Positions 36,201-48,762 of a stretch of DNA of 48,993 bases are shown here, one piece after another. This DNA is from Cyanophora paradoxa CCMP329. Taxonomy: Eukaryota > Plantae > Glaucophyta. The stretch spans positions 1 through 48,993 of the forward strand of contig QPMI01000321.1 in NCBI GenBank assembly GCA_004431415.1. The letters are read 5' to 3'. A program made the position numbers and the translations under genes. The notes below the pieces were generated by a model, which saw only the letters and a list, made by a program, of their open reading frames with translations, searched no databases and was not told the origin of the DNA. How positions within the stretch are numbered: position 1 is the stretch's first letter; each line of letters starts with the position of its first letter.

Positions 36201-36772
36201 CGGGGGCAGGGGGGAGGGTCCCTGCGCGCGCGGCGGTCAGACCCAGGCCATATTTAGAATCTTTATCCGTCGACGCGCGCTTATAGGGCCCTCGCCGGGC
36301 CATCGGCTGGCGGGGAGCGCGGCCGGGGCTCGCACCAGGGGTACAGCGTTCAGGGGGCGGCGGGGGCAGGGGGGTGGGTCCCTGCGCGCGCGGCGGTCAG
36401 ACCCAGGCCATATTTAGAATCGCTATCCGTCGACGCGCGCGTGTAGGGCCCTCGCCGGGCCATCGGCTGGCGGGGAGCGCGGCCCGGGGCTCGCACCAGG
36501 GGTACCGGGTTCAGGGGGCGGCGGGGGCAGGGGGAGGGTCCCTGCGCGCGCGGCGGTCAGACCCAGGCCATATTTAGAATCGCTATCCGTCGACGCGCGC
36601 TTGTAGGGCCCTCGCCGGGCCATCGGCTGGCGGGGAGCGCGGTCCGGGGCTCGCACCAGGGGTACAGCGTTCAGGGGCGGCGGGGGCAGGGGGTGGGTCC
36701 CTGCGCGCGCGGCGGTCAGACCCAGGCCATATTTAGAATCTCTATCCGTCGAAGCGCGCTTGTAGCGCCCTC
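33277..36772 (+). repeat. Satellite B, ~160 bp unit, ~22 tandem copies
   Basis: Unit ..GGCTCGCACCAGGGGTAC..GGTCAGACCCAGGCCATATTTAGAATCGCTATCCGTCGACGCGCGC..GGGCCCTCGCCGGGCCATCGGC.. repeated, with a SalI site in most units. Confidence 0.97.
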
Positions 36773-37511
36773 GGCGGCCTCGATGCGCGAGATTTGAGCA
36801 GCGCGCGAGCGCGCGGGCCGGCGCCCGGGAGCGCAATTGCAAGCGCGTTGCGCGCTCGCGCAACGGAAGCCATATCGCGATCGGCGGGAGCATTGCGCGG
36901 GTGCCGGTCGCGCGCGGGTTCTCACACTGGGCCTCGAGCTCGCGCTTGCCCGCAGTCGACGTCCGCGTGGCCCGGCGCAACTGCCACCTGTGAGCACGTG
37001 GCTCCGCTCGCGCGCTCGAGCTCGCCGCTCGCGCACAGCGCTCGCGCGCTCGCGGCGCAACAGCCAACTGTGTCGCTCGCTGAGGCTGGTTGGCTGGAAA
37101 CTGCTTCGATGCATGATGTATGAGCGCACCTTCTGCCTACCGAGCTCCCGGACGAATGCTGCCGGCTTGCCGAGGGGGGGGGGTGGCGGGGGGGTATCAG
37201 TTCTCGCCAGCTCCCGCAGCTGACGGGGACCGCGCCGGGCCCCAGCTTGTGGCTGCAAAAGAACGCATATGCGCCGCGCATGCACGCCTTGCTCGCTAGA
37301 CCCGCCGTAAGCGCCCCAGTGCTGAGCAGCACGCGGACGCCGCGACGTATATGGGATGACCACTGCTGGCGAGCTCCCGCGCATTTGCAATAGATGTACA
37401 GCATGCCATACACCACTCCTGCTTGCATATTTACGCCCCCTGCGCCCCGCACTCGATACACACACGGCATATACATACTTCATAGGATTGGCGCATTAGA
37501 ACGCTAGTATT

Positions 37512-37534
37512 ACCGGCCTGTCTAGCCCCTCGCA
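37512..37534 (-). repeat. Right 23-bp terminal inverted repeat, which includes the non-palindromic loop (37518-37534) of the giant palindrome
   Basis: ..GTATTACCGGC-CTGTCTAGCCCCTCGCA-GCCGGTAATAC.. Confidence 0.85.
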
Positions 37535-38277
37535 GCCGGTAATACTAGCGTTCTAATGCGCCAATCCTATGAAGTATGTATATGCCGTGTGTGTATCGAG
37601 TGCGGGGCGCAGGGGGCGTAAATATGCAAGCAGGAGTGGTGTATGGCATGCTGTACATCTATTGCAAATGCGCGGGAGCTCGCCAGCAGTGGTCATCCCA
37701 TATACGTCGCGGCGTCCGCGTGCTGCTCAGCACTGGGGCGCTTACGGCGGGTCTAGCGAGCAAGGCGTGCATGCGCGGCGCATATGCGTTCTTTTGCAGC
37801 CACAAGCTGGGGCCGGCGCGGTCCCCGTCAGCTGCGGGAGCTGGCGAGAACTGATACCCCCCGCCACCCCCCCCCCTCGGCAAGCCGGCAGCATTCGTCC
37901 GGGAGCTCGGTAGGCAGAAGGTGCGCTCATACATCATGCATCGAAGCAGTTTCCAGCCAACCAGCCTCAGCGAGCGACACAGTTGGCTGTTGCGCCGCGA
38001 GCGCGCGAGCGCTGTGCGCGAGCGGCGAGCTCGAGCGCGCGAGCGGAGCCACGTGCTCACAGGTGGCAGTTGCGCCGGGCCACGCGGACGTCGACTGCGG
38101 GCAAGCGCGAGCTCGAGGCCCAGTGTGAGAACCCGCGCGCGACCGGCACCCGCGCAATGCTCCCGCCGATCGCGATATGGCTTCCGTTGCGCGAGCGCGC
38201 AACGCGCTTGCAATTGCGCTCCCGGGCGCCGGCCCGCGCGCTCGCGCGCTGCTCAAATCTCGCGCATCGAGGCCCGC

Positions 38278-41200
38278 CGAGGGCGCTACAAGCGCGCTTC
38301 GACGGATAGAGATTCTAAATATGGCCTGGGTCTGACCGCCGCGCGCGCAGGACCCACCCCTGCCCCGCCGCCCCCTGAACGCTGTACCCCTGGTGCGAGC
38401 CCCGGACCGCGCTCCCCGCCAGCCGATGGCCCGGCGAGGGCCCTACAAGCGCGCGTCGACGGATAGCGATTCTAAATATGGCCTGGTCTGACCGCCGCGC
38501 GCGCAGGGACCCCCCCTGCCCCGCCGCCCCCTGAACCCGGTACCCTGGTGCGAGCCCCGGCCGCGCTCCCCGCCAGCCGATGGCCCGGCGAGGGCCCTAC
38601 ACGCGCGCGTCGACGGATAGCGATTCTAAATATGGCCTGGGTCTGACCGCCGCGCGCGCAGGGACCCACCCCCCTGCCCCGCCGCCCCTGAACGCTGTAC
38701 CCCTGGTGCGAGCCCGGGCCGCGCTCCCGCCAGCCGATGGCCCGGCGAGGGCCCTATAAGCGCGCGTCGACGGATAAAGATTCTAAATATGGCCTGGGTC
38801 TGACCGCCGCGCGCGCAGGACCCTCCCCCCCTGCCCCCGCCGCCCCCTGAACCCGGTACCCCTGGTGCGAGCCCCGGCCGCGCTCCCCGCCAGCCGATGG
38901 CCCGGCGAGGGCCCTACAAGCGCGCGTCGACGGATAGCGATTCTAAATATGGCCTGGGTCTGACCGCCGCGCGCGCAGAGACCCACCCCCTGCCCCGCCG
39001 CCCCCTGAACGCTGTACCCTGGTGCGAGCCCGGGCCGCGCTCCCCGCCAGCCGATGGCCCGGCGAGGGCCTACAAGCGCGCGTCGACGGATAGCGATTCT
39101 AAATATGGCCTGGGTCTGACCGCCGCGCGCGCAGGGACCCACCCCTGCCCCCGCCGCCCCCTGAACGCTGTACCCCTGGTGCGAGCCCCGGACCGCGCTC
39201 CCCGCCAGCCGATGGCCCGGCGAGGGCCCTACAAGCGCGCGTCAACGGATAGCGATTCTAAATATGGCCTGGGTCTGACCGCCGCGCGCGCAGGGACCCA
39301 CCCCCTGCCCCCGCCGCCCCCTGAACGCTGTACCCCTGGTGCGAGCCCCGGGCCGCGCTCCCCGCCAGCCGATGGCCCGGCGAGGGCCCTACAAGCGCGC
39401 GTCGACGGATAGCGATTCTAAATATGGCCTGGGTCTGACCGCCGCGCGCGCAGAGACCCACCCCCTGCCCCCGCCGCCCCCTGAACGCTGTACCCCTGGT
39501 GCGAGCCCCGGGCCGCGCTCCCCGCCAGCCGATGGCCCGGCGAGGGCCCTACAAGCGCGCGTCGACGGATAAAGATTCTAAATATGGCCTGGGTCTGACC
39601 GCCGCGCGCGCAGGGACCCTCCCCCCTGCCCCCGCCGCCCCCTGAACCGGTACCCCTGGTGCGAGCCCCGGGCCGCGCTCCCCGCCAGCCGATGGCCCGG
39701 CGAGGGCCCTACAAGCGCGCGTCGACGGATAGCGATTCTAAATATGGCCTGGGTCTGACCGCCGCGCGTGCAGGGACCCACCCCCCCTGCCCCCGCCGCC
39801 CCCTGAACGCTGTACCCCTGGTGCGAGCCCCGGGCCGCGCTCCCCGCCAGCCGATGGCCCGGCGAGGGCCCTACACGCGCGCGTCGACGGATAGCGATTC
39901 TAAATATGGCCTGGGTCTGACCGCCGCGCGCGCAGGGACCCTCCCCCCCTGCCCCCGCCGCCCCCTGAACCCGGTACCCCTGGTGCGAGCCCCGGGCCGC
40001 GCTCCCCGCCAGCCGATGGCCCGGCGAGGGCCCTACACGCGCGCGTCGACGGATAGCGATTCTAAATATGGCCTGGGTCTGACCGCCGCGCACGCAGGGA
40101 CCCACCCCTGCCCCGCCGCCCCTGAACGCTGTACCCCTGGTGCGAGCCCCGGGCCGCGCTCCCCGCCAGCCGATGGCCCGGCGAGGGCCCTACAAGCGCG
40201 CGTCGACGGATAGCGATTCTAAATATGGCCTGGGTCTGACCGCCGCGCGCGCAGGGACCCACCCCCCTGCCCCCGCCGCCCCTGAACCCGGTACCCCTGG
40301 TGCGAGCCCCGGGCCGCGCTCCCCGCCAGCCGATGGCCCGGCGAGGGCCCTACAAGCGCGCGTCGACGGATAAAGATTCTAAATATGGCCTGGGTCTGAC
40401 CGCCGCGCGCGCAGGGACCCTCCCCCCTGCCCCCGCCGCCCCTGAACCCGGTACCCTGGTGCGAGCCCCGGGCCGCGCTCCCCGCCAGCCGATGGCCCGG
40501 CGAGGGCCCTACAAGCGCGCGTCGACGGATAGAGATTCTAAATATGGCCTGGGTCTGACCGCCGCGCGCGCAGGGACCCTCCCCCCTGCCCCGCCGCCCC
40601 CTGAACGCTGTACCCTGGTGCGAGCCCCGGGCCGCGCTCCCCGCCAGCCGATGGCCCGGCGAGGGCCCTACAAGCGCGCGTCGACGGATAAAGATTCTAA
40701 ATATGGCCTGGGTCTGACCGCCGCGCGCGCAGGGACCCTCCCCCCTGCCCCCGCCGCCCCTGAACCCGGTACCCTGGTGCGAGCCCCGGGCCGCGCTCCC
40801 GCCAGCCGATGGCCCGGCGAGGGCCCTACAAGCGCGCGTCGACGGATAGCAATTCTAAATATGGCCTGGGTCTGACCGCCGCGCGCGCAGGACCCACCCC
40901 CCCTGCCCCCGCCGCCCCTGAACGCTGTACCCTGGTGCGAGCCCCGGGCCGCGCTCCCCGCCAGCCGATGGCCCGGCGAGGGCCCTACACGCGCGCGTCG
41001 ACGGATAGCGATTCTAAATATGGCCTGGGTCTGACCGCCGCGCGCGCAGGGACCCTCCCCCCTGCCCCGCCGCCCCCTGAACCCGGTACCCCTGGTGCGA
41101 GCCCCGGGCCGCGCTCCCCGCCAGCCGATGGCCCGGCGAGGGCCCTACACGCGCGCGTCGACGGATAGCGATTCTAAATATGGCCTGGGTCTGACCGCCG

Positions 41201-41748
41201 CGCACGCAGGGACCCACCCCCTGCCCCCCCGCCCCCTGAACGCTGTACCCCTGGTGCGAGCCCCGGGCCGCGCTCCCCGCCAGCCGATGGCCCGGCGAGG
41301 GCCTACAAGCGCGCGTCGACGGATAGCGATTCTAATATGGCCTGGGTCTGACCGCCGCGCGCGCAGGGACCCACCCCCCTGCCCCCGCCGCCCCCTGAAC
41401 CCGGTACCCCTGGTGCGAGCCCCGGGCCGCGCTCCCCGCCAGCCGATGGCCCGGCGAGGGCCCTACAAGCGCGCGTCGACGGATAAAGATTCTAAATATG
41501 GCCTGGGTCTGACCGCCGCGCGCGCAGGGACCTCCCCCCTGCCCCCGCCGCCCCCTGAACCCGGTACCCCTGGTGCGAGCCCCGGCCGCGCTCCCCGCCA
41601 GCCGATGGCCCGGCGAGGGCCTACAAGCGCGCGTCGACGGATAGAGATTCTAAATATGGCCTGGGTCTGACCGCCGCGCGCGCAGGGACCCTCCCCCCTG
41701 CCCCCGCCGCCCCTGAACGCTGTACCCCTGGTGCGAGCCCCGGGCCGT
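38278..41748 (-). repeat. Satellite B, mirrored copy
   Basis: Reverse complement of 33277-36772. Confidence 0.95.
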
Positions 41749-42757
41749 GCTCTCCGTCAAGAGATGAGATGTAGAGGGAAAATACAAGCATCTGTACGCA
41801 TGTTCGACGCATGTGCAAAGCATGAACACCGCATCCGCTACGCATATGCATGCAATGAAAGTACAACGCATCCGCAACGCATGCTCTCATGCGACTAGGG
41901 CAGGCCCGCAACTGAATCGAGGCGCTGCGAAACAAAATACGGGGAACAGAGATATATAATGTAGAAGATGAGCCCGGGCCCCGGGCGCAAGACGAAAGGC
42001 CCGCCTCAATTGCAAGGTAGTGATGGGGGCGCATGAGGTGTTGGGCCCGATGAACCGCGCCTGGCCACCCCAGGGCAGGCCCCGCGCCCGAATCGGAGCA
42101 CTGAAAAGCAACATACTATGAACGAGGATGCCGAATCTTTAAGATGAGCCGAGGTCTCCGGGCGGCAGGCAAGAGGCGGGCCTCGAGGTTGTGGGGGGGT
42201 GCACAGGAGGGGTTGGATCATTTATAGCTGATTATCTCTGGATGGAATTCAGATCAATAAGACTCAAGCATATCATGTGAACGACAATAAAAAGCGCTTT
42301 CAGAATACATGCCATGTATCGGGCTCGGATATCCTCCCGCTTAATGGAAATCCGATAAATCGTTCAACGAGCTCTCAAACACATCAACTGATCATCACCC
42401 AACTCAGTCATCATGATGAATGACCTTGGTTGGACTCTCGATGAGCACTCAACATAAGCATGTATATCGCTTATAAGACTAATATAAGCCTAATATATCA
42501 CCCATTCACTGGAACTCGCGTGTAGTAATTAGATTTTGTGCCACAGTGCTGCCTAGTGCTGCCTAATAGCTAGTGCTGCTTAGTGCCCCCACGTATACTG
42601 TGAATGACGGCTCCATGCCCGGACGATTCCACTAGGACAGACCACAGTGGCACCGTCAGCCAGCTACTTAAAAGCCTTGAAGTCGTCGAGAGTTACTCGT
42701 ACATTATTCACATCATAACATAAACGGAGGGTGGGCAGGGTGGGTGGGGGGGGAGGC

Positions 42758-45700
42758 TCTCTGCGCCGAGAATTCGATGTCAGATTAAAGCGACGGCGAC
42801 GGCGCGCGGCCCGCCGCTGGCGCGCCCGAGGGGCCGAGCCTAGGGGGGACCCCGGCCGGGAGCGCCCAAGGGGGTACCTGGTTGCGGGCGGCCGGGGGGC
42901 AGGGGCGGGCTCACTGCGGCGAGAATTCGATGTCAGGACTAATGCGCCGGCGACGGCGCGCGGGGCCCGCCGCTGGCGCGCCCGAGGGCCGAGCCTAGGG
43001 GGACCCCGGCCGCAGCGCCCAAGGGGGGTACCTGGTTGCGGGGCGGCCGGGGGGCAGGGGGCGGGCTCACTGCGGCCGAGATTCGATGTCAGGATTAAAG
43101 CGACGGCGACGGCGCGCGGGGCCCGCCGCTAGCGCGCCCGAGGGCCGAGCCTAGGGGGGGACCCCGGCCGGCAGCGCCCAAGGGGGGTACTGGTTGCGGG
43201 CGGCCGGGGGGCAGGGGCGGGCTCACTGCGCCGAGAATTCGATGTCAGGATTAAAGCGACGGCGACGGCGCGCGGGCCCGCCGCTAGCGCGCCCGAGGGG
43301 CCGAGCCTAGGGGGGACCCGGCCGGGAGCGCCCAAGGGGGTACCTGGTTGCGGGCGGCCGGGGGCAGGGGCGGGCTCACTGCGGCCGAGAATTCGATGTC
43401 AGGATTAAAGCGACGGCGACGGCGCGCGGGCCCGCCGCTAGCGCGCCGAGGGGCCGAGCCTAGGGGGGACCCCGGCCGGCAGCGCCAAGGGGGACCTGGT
43501 GCGGGCGGCCGGGGGCAGGGGCGGCTCACTGCGGCCGAGAATTCGATGTCAGGATTAAAGCGACGGCGACGGCGCGCGGGCCCGCCGCTAGCGCGCCCGA
43601 GGGCCGAGCTAGGGGGGACCCCGGCCGCAGCGCCCAAGGGGGTACCTGGTTGCGGGGCGGCCGGGGGGCAGGGGGCGGGCTCACTGCGGCCGAGAATTCG
43701 ATGTCAGGATTAAAGCGACGGCGACGGCGCGCGGGGCCCGCCGCTAGCGCGCCCGAGGGGCCGAGCCTAGGGGGGGACCCCGGCCGGGAGCGCCCAAGGG
43801 GGTACCTGGTTGCGGGGCGGCCGGGGGGCAGGGGCGGGCTCACTGCGCCGAGAATTCGATGTCAGGATTAAAGCGACGGCGACGGCGCGCGGGGCCCGCC
43901 GCTAGCGCGCCCGAGGGCCGAGCCTAGGGGGGACCCCGGCCGGGAGCGCCCAAGGGGTACCTGGTTGCGGGGCGGCCGGGGGGCAGGGGGCGGGCTCACT
44001 GCGGCCGAGAATTCGATGTCAGGATTAAAGCGACGGCGACGGCGCGCGGGGCCCGCCGCTAGCGCGCCCGAGGGGCCGAGCCTAGGGGGGACCCCGGCCG
44101 GCAGCGCCCAAGGGGGTACCTGGTTGCGGGGCGGCCGGGGGGCAGGGGGCGGGCTCACTGCGGCCGAGAATTCGATGTCAGGATTAAAGCGACGGCGACG
44201 GCGCGCGGGCCCGCCGCTAGCGCGCCCGAGGGGCCGAGCCTAGGGGGGGACCCGGCCGGCAGCGCCCAAGGGGGTACCTGGTTGCGGGGCGGCCGGGGGG
44301 CAGGGGGCGGGCTCACTGCGGCCGAGAATTCGATGTCAGGATTAAAGCGACGGCGACGGCGCGCGGGCCCGCCGCTAGCGCGCCCGAGGGGCCGAGCCTA
44401 GGGGGGACCCCGGCCGGCAGCGCCAAGGGGGGTACCTGGTTGCGGGGCGGCCGGGGGGCAGGGGGCGGGCTCACTGCGCCGAGAATTCGATGTCAGGATT
44501 AAAGCGACGGCGACGGCGCGCGGGGCCCGCCGCTAGCGCGCCCGAGGGGCCGAGCCTAGGGGGGGACCCGGCGGCAGCGCCCAAGGGGGGTACCTGGTTG
44601 CGGGGCGGCCGGGGGCAGGGGCGGGCTCACTGCGGCCGAGAATTCGATGTCAGGATTAAAGCGACGGCGACGGCGCGCGGGGCCGCCGCTAGCGCGCCCG
44701 AGGGGCCGAGCCTAGGGGGGACCCCGGCCGGAGCGCCCAAGGGGGTACCTGGTTGCGGGGCGGCCGGGGGCAGGGGGCGGGCTCACTGCGGCCGAGAATT
44801 CGATGTCAGGATTAAAGCGACGGCGACGGCGCGCGGGCCCGCCGCTAGCGCGCCCGAGGGGCCGAGCCTAGGGGGGGACCCCGGCCGGGAGCGCCCAAGG
44901 GGGGTACCTGGTTGCGGGGCGGCCGGGGGGCAGGGGGCGGGCTCACTGCGGCGAGAATTCGATGTCAGGATTAAAGCGACGGCGACGGCGCGCGGGGCCC
45001 GCCGCTAGCGCGCCCGAGGGGCCGAGCCTAGGGGGGGACCCCGGCCGGGAGCGCCCAAGGGGGTACCTGGTTGCGGGGCGGCCGGGGGGCAGGGGGCGGG
45101 CTCACTGCGGCCGAGAATTCGATGTCAGGATTAAAGCGACGGCGACGGCGCGCGGGGCCCGCCGCTAGCCGCGCCCGAGGGCCGAGCCTAGGGGGGACCC
45201 GGCCGGCAGCGCCAAGGGGGGTCCTGGTTGCGGGCGGCCGGGGGGCAGGGGCGGGCTCACTGCGGCGAGAATTCGATGTCAGGATTAAAGCGACGGCGAC
45301 GGCGCGCGGGGCCCGCCGCTAGCGCGCCCGAGGGGCCGAGCCTAGGGGGGACCCCGGCCGGCAGCGCCCAAGGGGGGTACCTGGTTGCGGGCGGCCGGGG
45401 GGGCAGGGGGCGGGCTCACTGCGGCCGAGAATTCGATGTCAGGATTAAAGCGACGGCGACGGCGCGCGGGGCCCGCCGCTAGCGCGCCCGAGGGCCGAGC
45501 CTAGGGGGGACCCCGGCCGGGAGCGCCCAAGGGGGTACCTGGTTGCGGGGCGGCCGGGGGCAGGGGGCGGGCTCACTGCGGCCGAGAATTCGATGTCAGG
45601 ATTAAAGCGACGGCGACGGCGCGCGGGGCCCGCCGCTAGCGCGCCCGAGGGGCCGAGCCTAGGGGGGACCCCGGCCGGCAGCGCCCAAGGGGGTACCTGG

Positions 45701-48700
45701 TTGCGGGGCGGCCGGGGGGCAGGGGGCGGGCTCACTGCGGCCGAGAATTCGATGTCAGGATTAAAGCGACGGCGACGGCGCGCGGGGCCCGCCGCTACGC
45801 GCCCGAGGGGCGAGCCTAGGGGGGACCCCGGCCGGCAGCGCCCAAGGGGGGTACCTGGTTGCGGGCGGCCGGGGGGCAGGGGGCGGGCTCACTGCGGCCG
45901 AGAATTCGATGTCAGGATTAAAGCGACGGCGACGGCGCGCGGGGCCCGCCGCTAGCGCGCCCGAGGGGCCGAGCCTAGGGGGGGACCCCGGCCGGGAGCG
46001 CCCAAGGGGGGTACCTGGTTGCGGGGCGGCCGGGGGGCAGGGGGCGGGCTCACTGCGGCCGAGAATTCGATGTCAGGATTAAAGCGACGGCGACGGCGCG
46101 CGGGGCCCGCCGCTAGCGCGCCCGAGGGGCCGAGCCTAGGGGGGGACCCCGGCCGGGAGCGCCCAAGGGGGGTACCTGGTTGCGGGGCGGCCGGGGGGGC
46201 AGGGGGCGGGCTCACTGCGGCCGAGAATTCGATGTCAGGATTAAAGCGACGGCGACGGCGCGCGGGGCCCGCCGCTAGCGCGCCCGAGGGGCCGAGCCTA
46301 GGGGGGGACCCCGGCCGGCAGCGCCCAAGGGGGGTACCTGGTTGCGGGGCGGCCGGGGGGGCAGGGGCGGGCTCACTGCGGCCGAGAATTCGATGTCAGG
46401 ATTAAAGCGACGGCGACGGCGCGCGGGGCCCGCCGCTAGCGCGCCCGAGGGGCCGAGCCTAGGGGGGGACCCCGGCCGGCAGCGCCCAAGGGGGTACCTG
46501 GTTGCGGGGCGGCCGGGGGGCAGGGGGCGGGCTCACTGCGGCCGAGAATTCGATGTCAGGATTAAAGCGACGGCGACGGCGCGCGGGGCCCGCCGCTAGC
46601 GCGCCCGAGGGGCCGAGCCTAGGGGGGACCCCGCCGGGAGCGCCCAAGGGGGGTACCTTGTTGCGGGGCGGCCGGGGGGCAGGGGCGGGCTCACTGCGGC
46701 CGAGAATTCGATGTCAGGATTAAAGCGACGGCGACGGCGCGCGGGGCCCGCCGCTAGCGCGCCCGAGGGGCCGAGCTAGGGGGACCCGCCGCAGCGCCAA
46801 GGGGGTACCTGGTTGCGGGGCGGCCGGGGGCAGGGGGCGGGCTCACTGCGGCCGAGAATTCGATGTCAGGATTAAAGCGACGGCGACGGCGCGCGGGGCC
46901 CGCCGCTAGCGCGCCCGAGGGGCCGAGCCTAGGGGGGGACCCCGGCCGGGAGCGCCCAAGGGGGGTACCTGGTTGCGGGGCGGCCGGGGGGCAGGGGGCG
47001 GGCTCACTGCGGCCGAGAATTCGATGTCAGGATTAAAGCGACGGCGACGGCGCGCGGGGCCCGCCGCTAGCGCGCCCGAGGGGCCGAGCCTAGGGGGGAC
47101 CCCGGCCGGGAGCGCCCAAGGGGGTACCTGGTTGCGGGGCGGCCGGGGGGCAGGGGGCGGGCTCACTGCGGCCGAGAATTCGATGTCAGGATTAAAGCGA
47201 CGGCGACGGCGCGCGGGGCCCGCCGCTAGCGCGCCCGAGGGGCCGAGCCTAGGGGGGGACCCCGGCCGGGAGCGCCCAAGGGGGGTACCTGGTTGCGGGG
47301 CGGCCGGGGGGCAGGGGGCGGGCTCACTGCGGCCGAGAATTCGATGTCAGGATTAAAGCGACGGCGACGGCGCGCGGGGCCCGCCGCTAGCGCGCCCGAG
47401 GGGCCGAGCCTAGGGGGGGACCCCGGCCGGCAGCGCCCAAGGGGGGTACCTGGTTGCGGGGCGGCCGGGGGGCAGGGGGCGGGCTCACTGCGGCCGAGAA
47501 TTCGATGTCAGGATTAAAGCGACGGCGACGGCGCGCGGGGCCCGCCGCTAGCGCGCCCGAGGGGCCGAGCCTAGGGGGGGACCCCGGCCGGGAGCGCCCA
47601 AGGGGGGTACCTGGTTGCGGGGCGGCCGGGGGGCAGGGGGCGGGCTCACTGCGGCCGAGAATTCGATGTCAGGATTAAAGCGACGGCGACGGCGCGCGGG
47701 GCCCGCCGCTAGCGCGCCCGAGGGGCCGAGCCTAGGGGGGGACCCCGGCCGGGAGCGCCCAAGGGGGGTACCTGGTTGCGGGGCGGCCGGGGGGCAGGGG
47801 GCGGGCTCACTGCGGCCGAGAATTCGATGTCAGGATTAAAGCGACGGCGACGGCGCGCGGGGCCCGCCGCTAGCGCGCCCGAGGGGCCGAGCCTAGGGGG
47901 GGACCCCGGCCGGCAGCGCCCAAGGGGGTACCTGGTTGCGGGGCGGCCGGGGGGCAGGGGGCGGGCTCACTGCGGCCGAGAATTCGATGTCAGGATTAAA
48001 GCGACGGCGACGGCGCGCGGGGCCCGCCGCTAGCGCGCCCGAGGGGCCGAGCCTAGGGGGGGACCCCGGCCGGGAGCGCCCAAGGGGGGTACCTGGTTGC
48101 GGGGCGGCCGGGGGCAGGGGGCGGGCTCACTGCGGCCGAGAATTCGATGTCAGGATTAAAGCGACGGCGACGGCGCGCGGGGCCCGCCGCTAGCGCGCCC
48201 GAGGGGCCGAGCCTAGGGGGGGACCCCGGCCGGGAGCGCCCAAGGGGGGTACCTGGTTGCGGGGCGGCCGGGGGGGCAGGGGGCGGGCTCACTGCGGCCG
48301 AGAATTCGATGTCAGGATTAAAGCGACGGCGACGGCGCGCGGGGCCCGCCGCTAGCGCGCCCGAGGGGCCGAGCCTAGGCGGGGACCCCGGCCGGGAGCG
48401 CCCAAGGGGGGTACCTGGTTGCGGGGCGGCCGGGGGGCAGGGGGCGGGCTCACTGCGGCCGAGAATTCGATGTCAGGATTAAAGCGACGGCGACGGCGCG
48501 CGGGGCCCGCCGCTAGCGCGCCCGAGGGGCCGAGCCTAGGGGGGGACCCCGGCCGGCAGCGCCCAAGGGGGTACCTGGTTGCGGGGCGGCCGGGGGGCAG
48601 GGGGCGGGCTCACTGCGGCCGAGAATTCGATGTCAGGATTAAAGCGACGGCGACGGCGCGCGGGGCCCGCCGCTAGCGCGCCCGAGGGGCCGAGCCTAGG

Positions 48701-48762
48701 GGGGGACCCCGGCCGGGAGCGCCCAAGGGGGGTACCTGGTTGCGGGGCGGCCGGGGGGCAGG
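42758..48762 (-). repeat. Satellite A, mirrored copy
   Basis: Reverse complement of 26261-32256. Confidence 0.95.

Larger units (their letters stand above)
25303..37534. mobile_element. Putative non-autonomous TIR/foldback-like element (~12.2 kb) containing two inverted satellite arrays
   Basis: TGCGAGGGGCTAGACAGGCCGGT at 25303-25325 and its exact reverse complement ACCGGCCTGTCTAGCCCCTCGCA at 37512-37534. The internal arrays are related and oppositely oriented. No transposase ORF seen. Confidence 0.55.

Noticed and set aside
26261-36772. CRISPR array interpretation of the periodic repeats
   Set aside because: Whole ~160-bp units repeat with no unique spacers, there are no cas genes, and the context is eukaryotic.
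37400-37650. Telomeric repeats or a sequencing adapter at the fold
   Set aside because: No TTAGGG-like array; the loop matches genomic sequence at 25303-25325 rather than an adapter I recognise.
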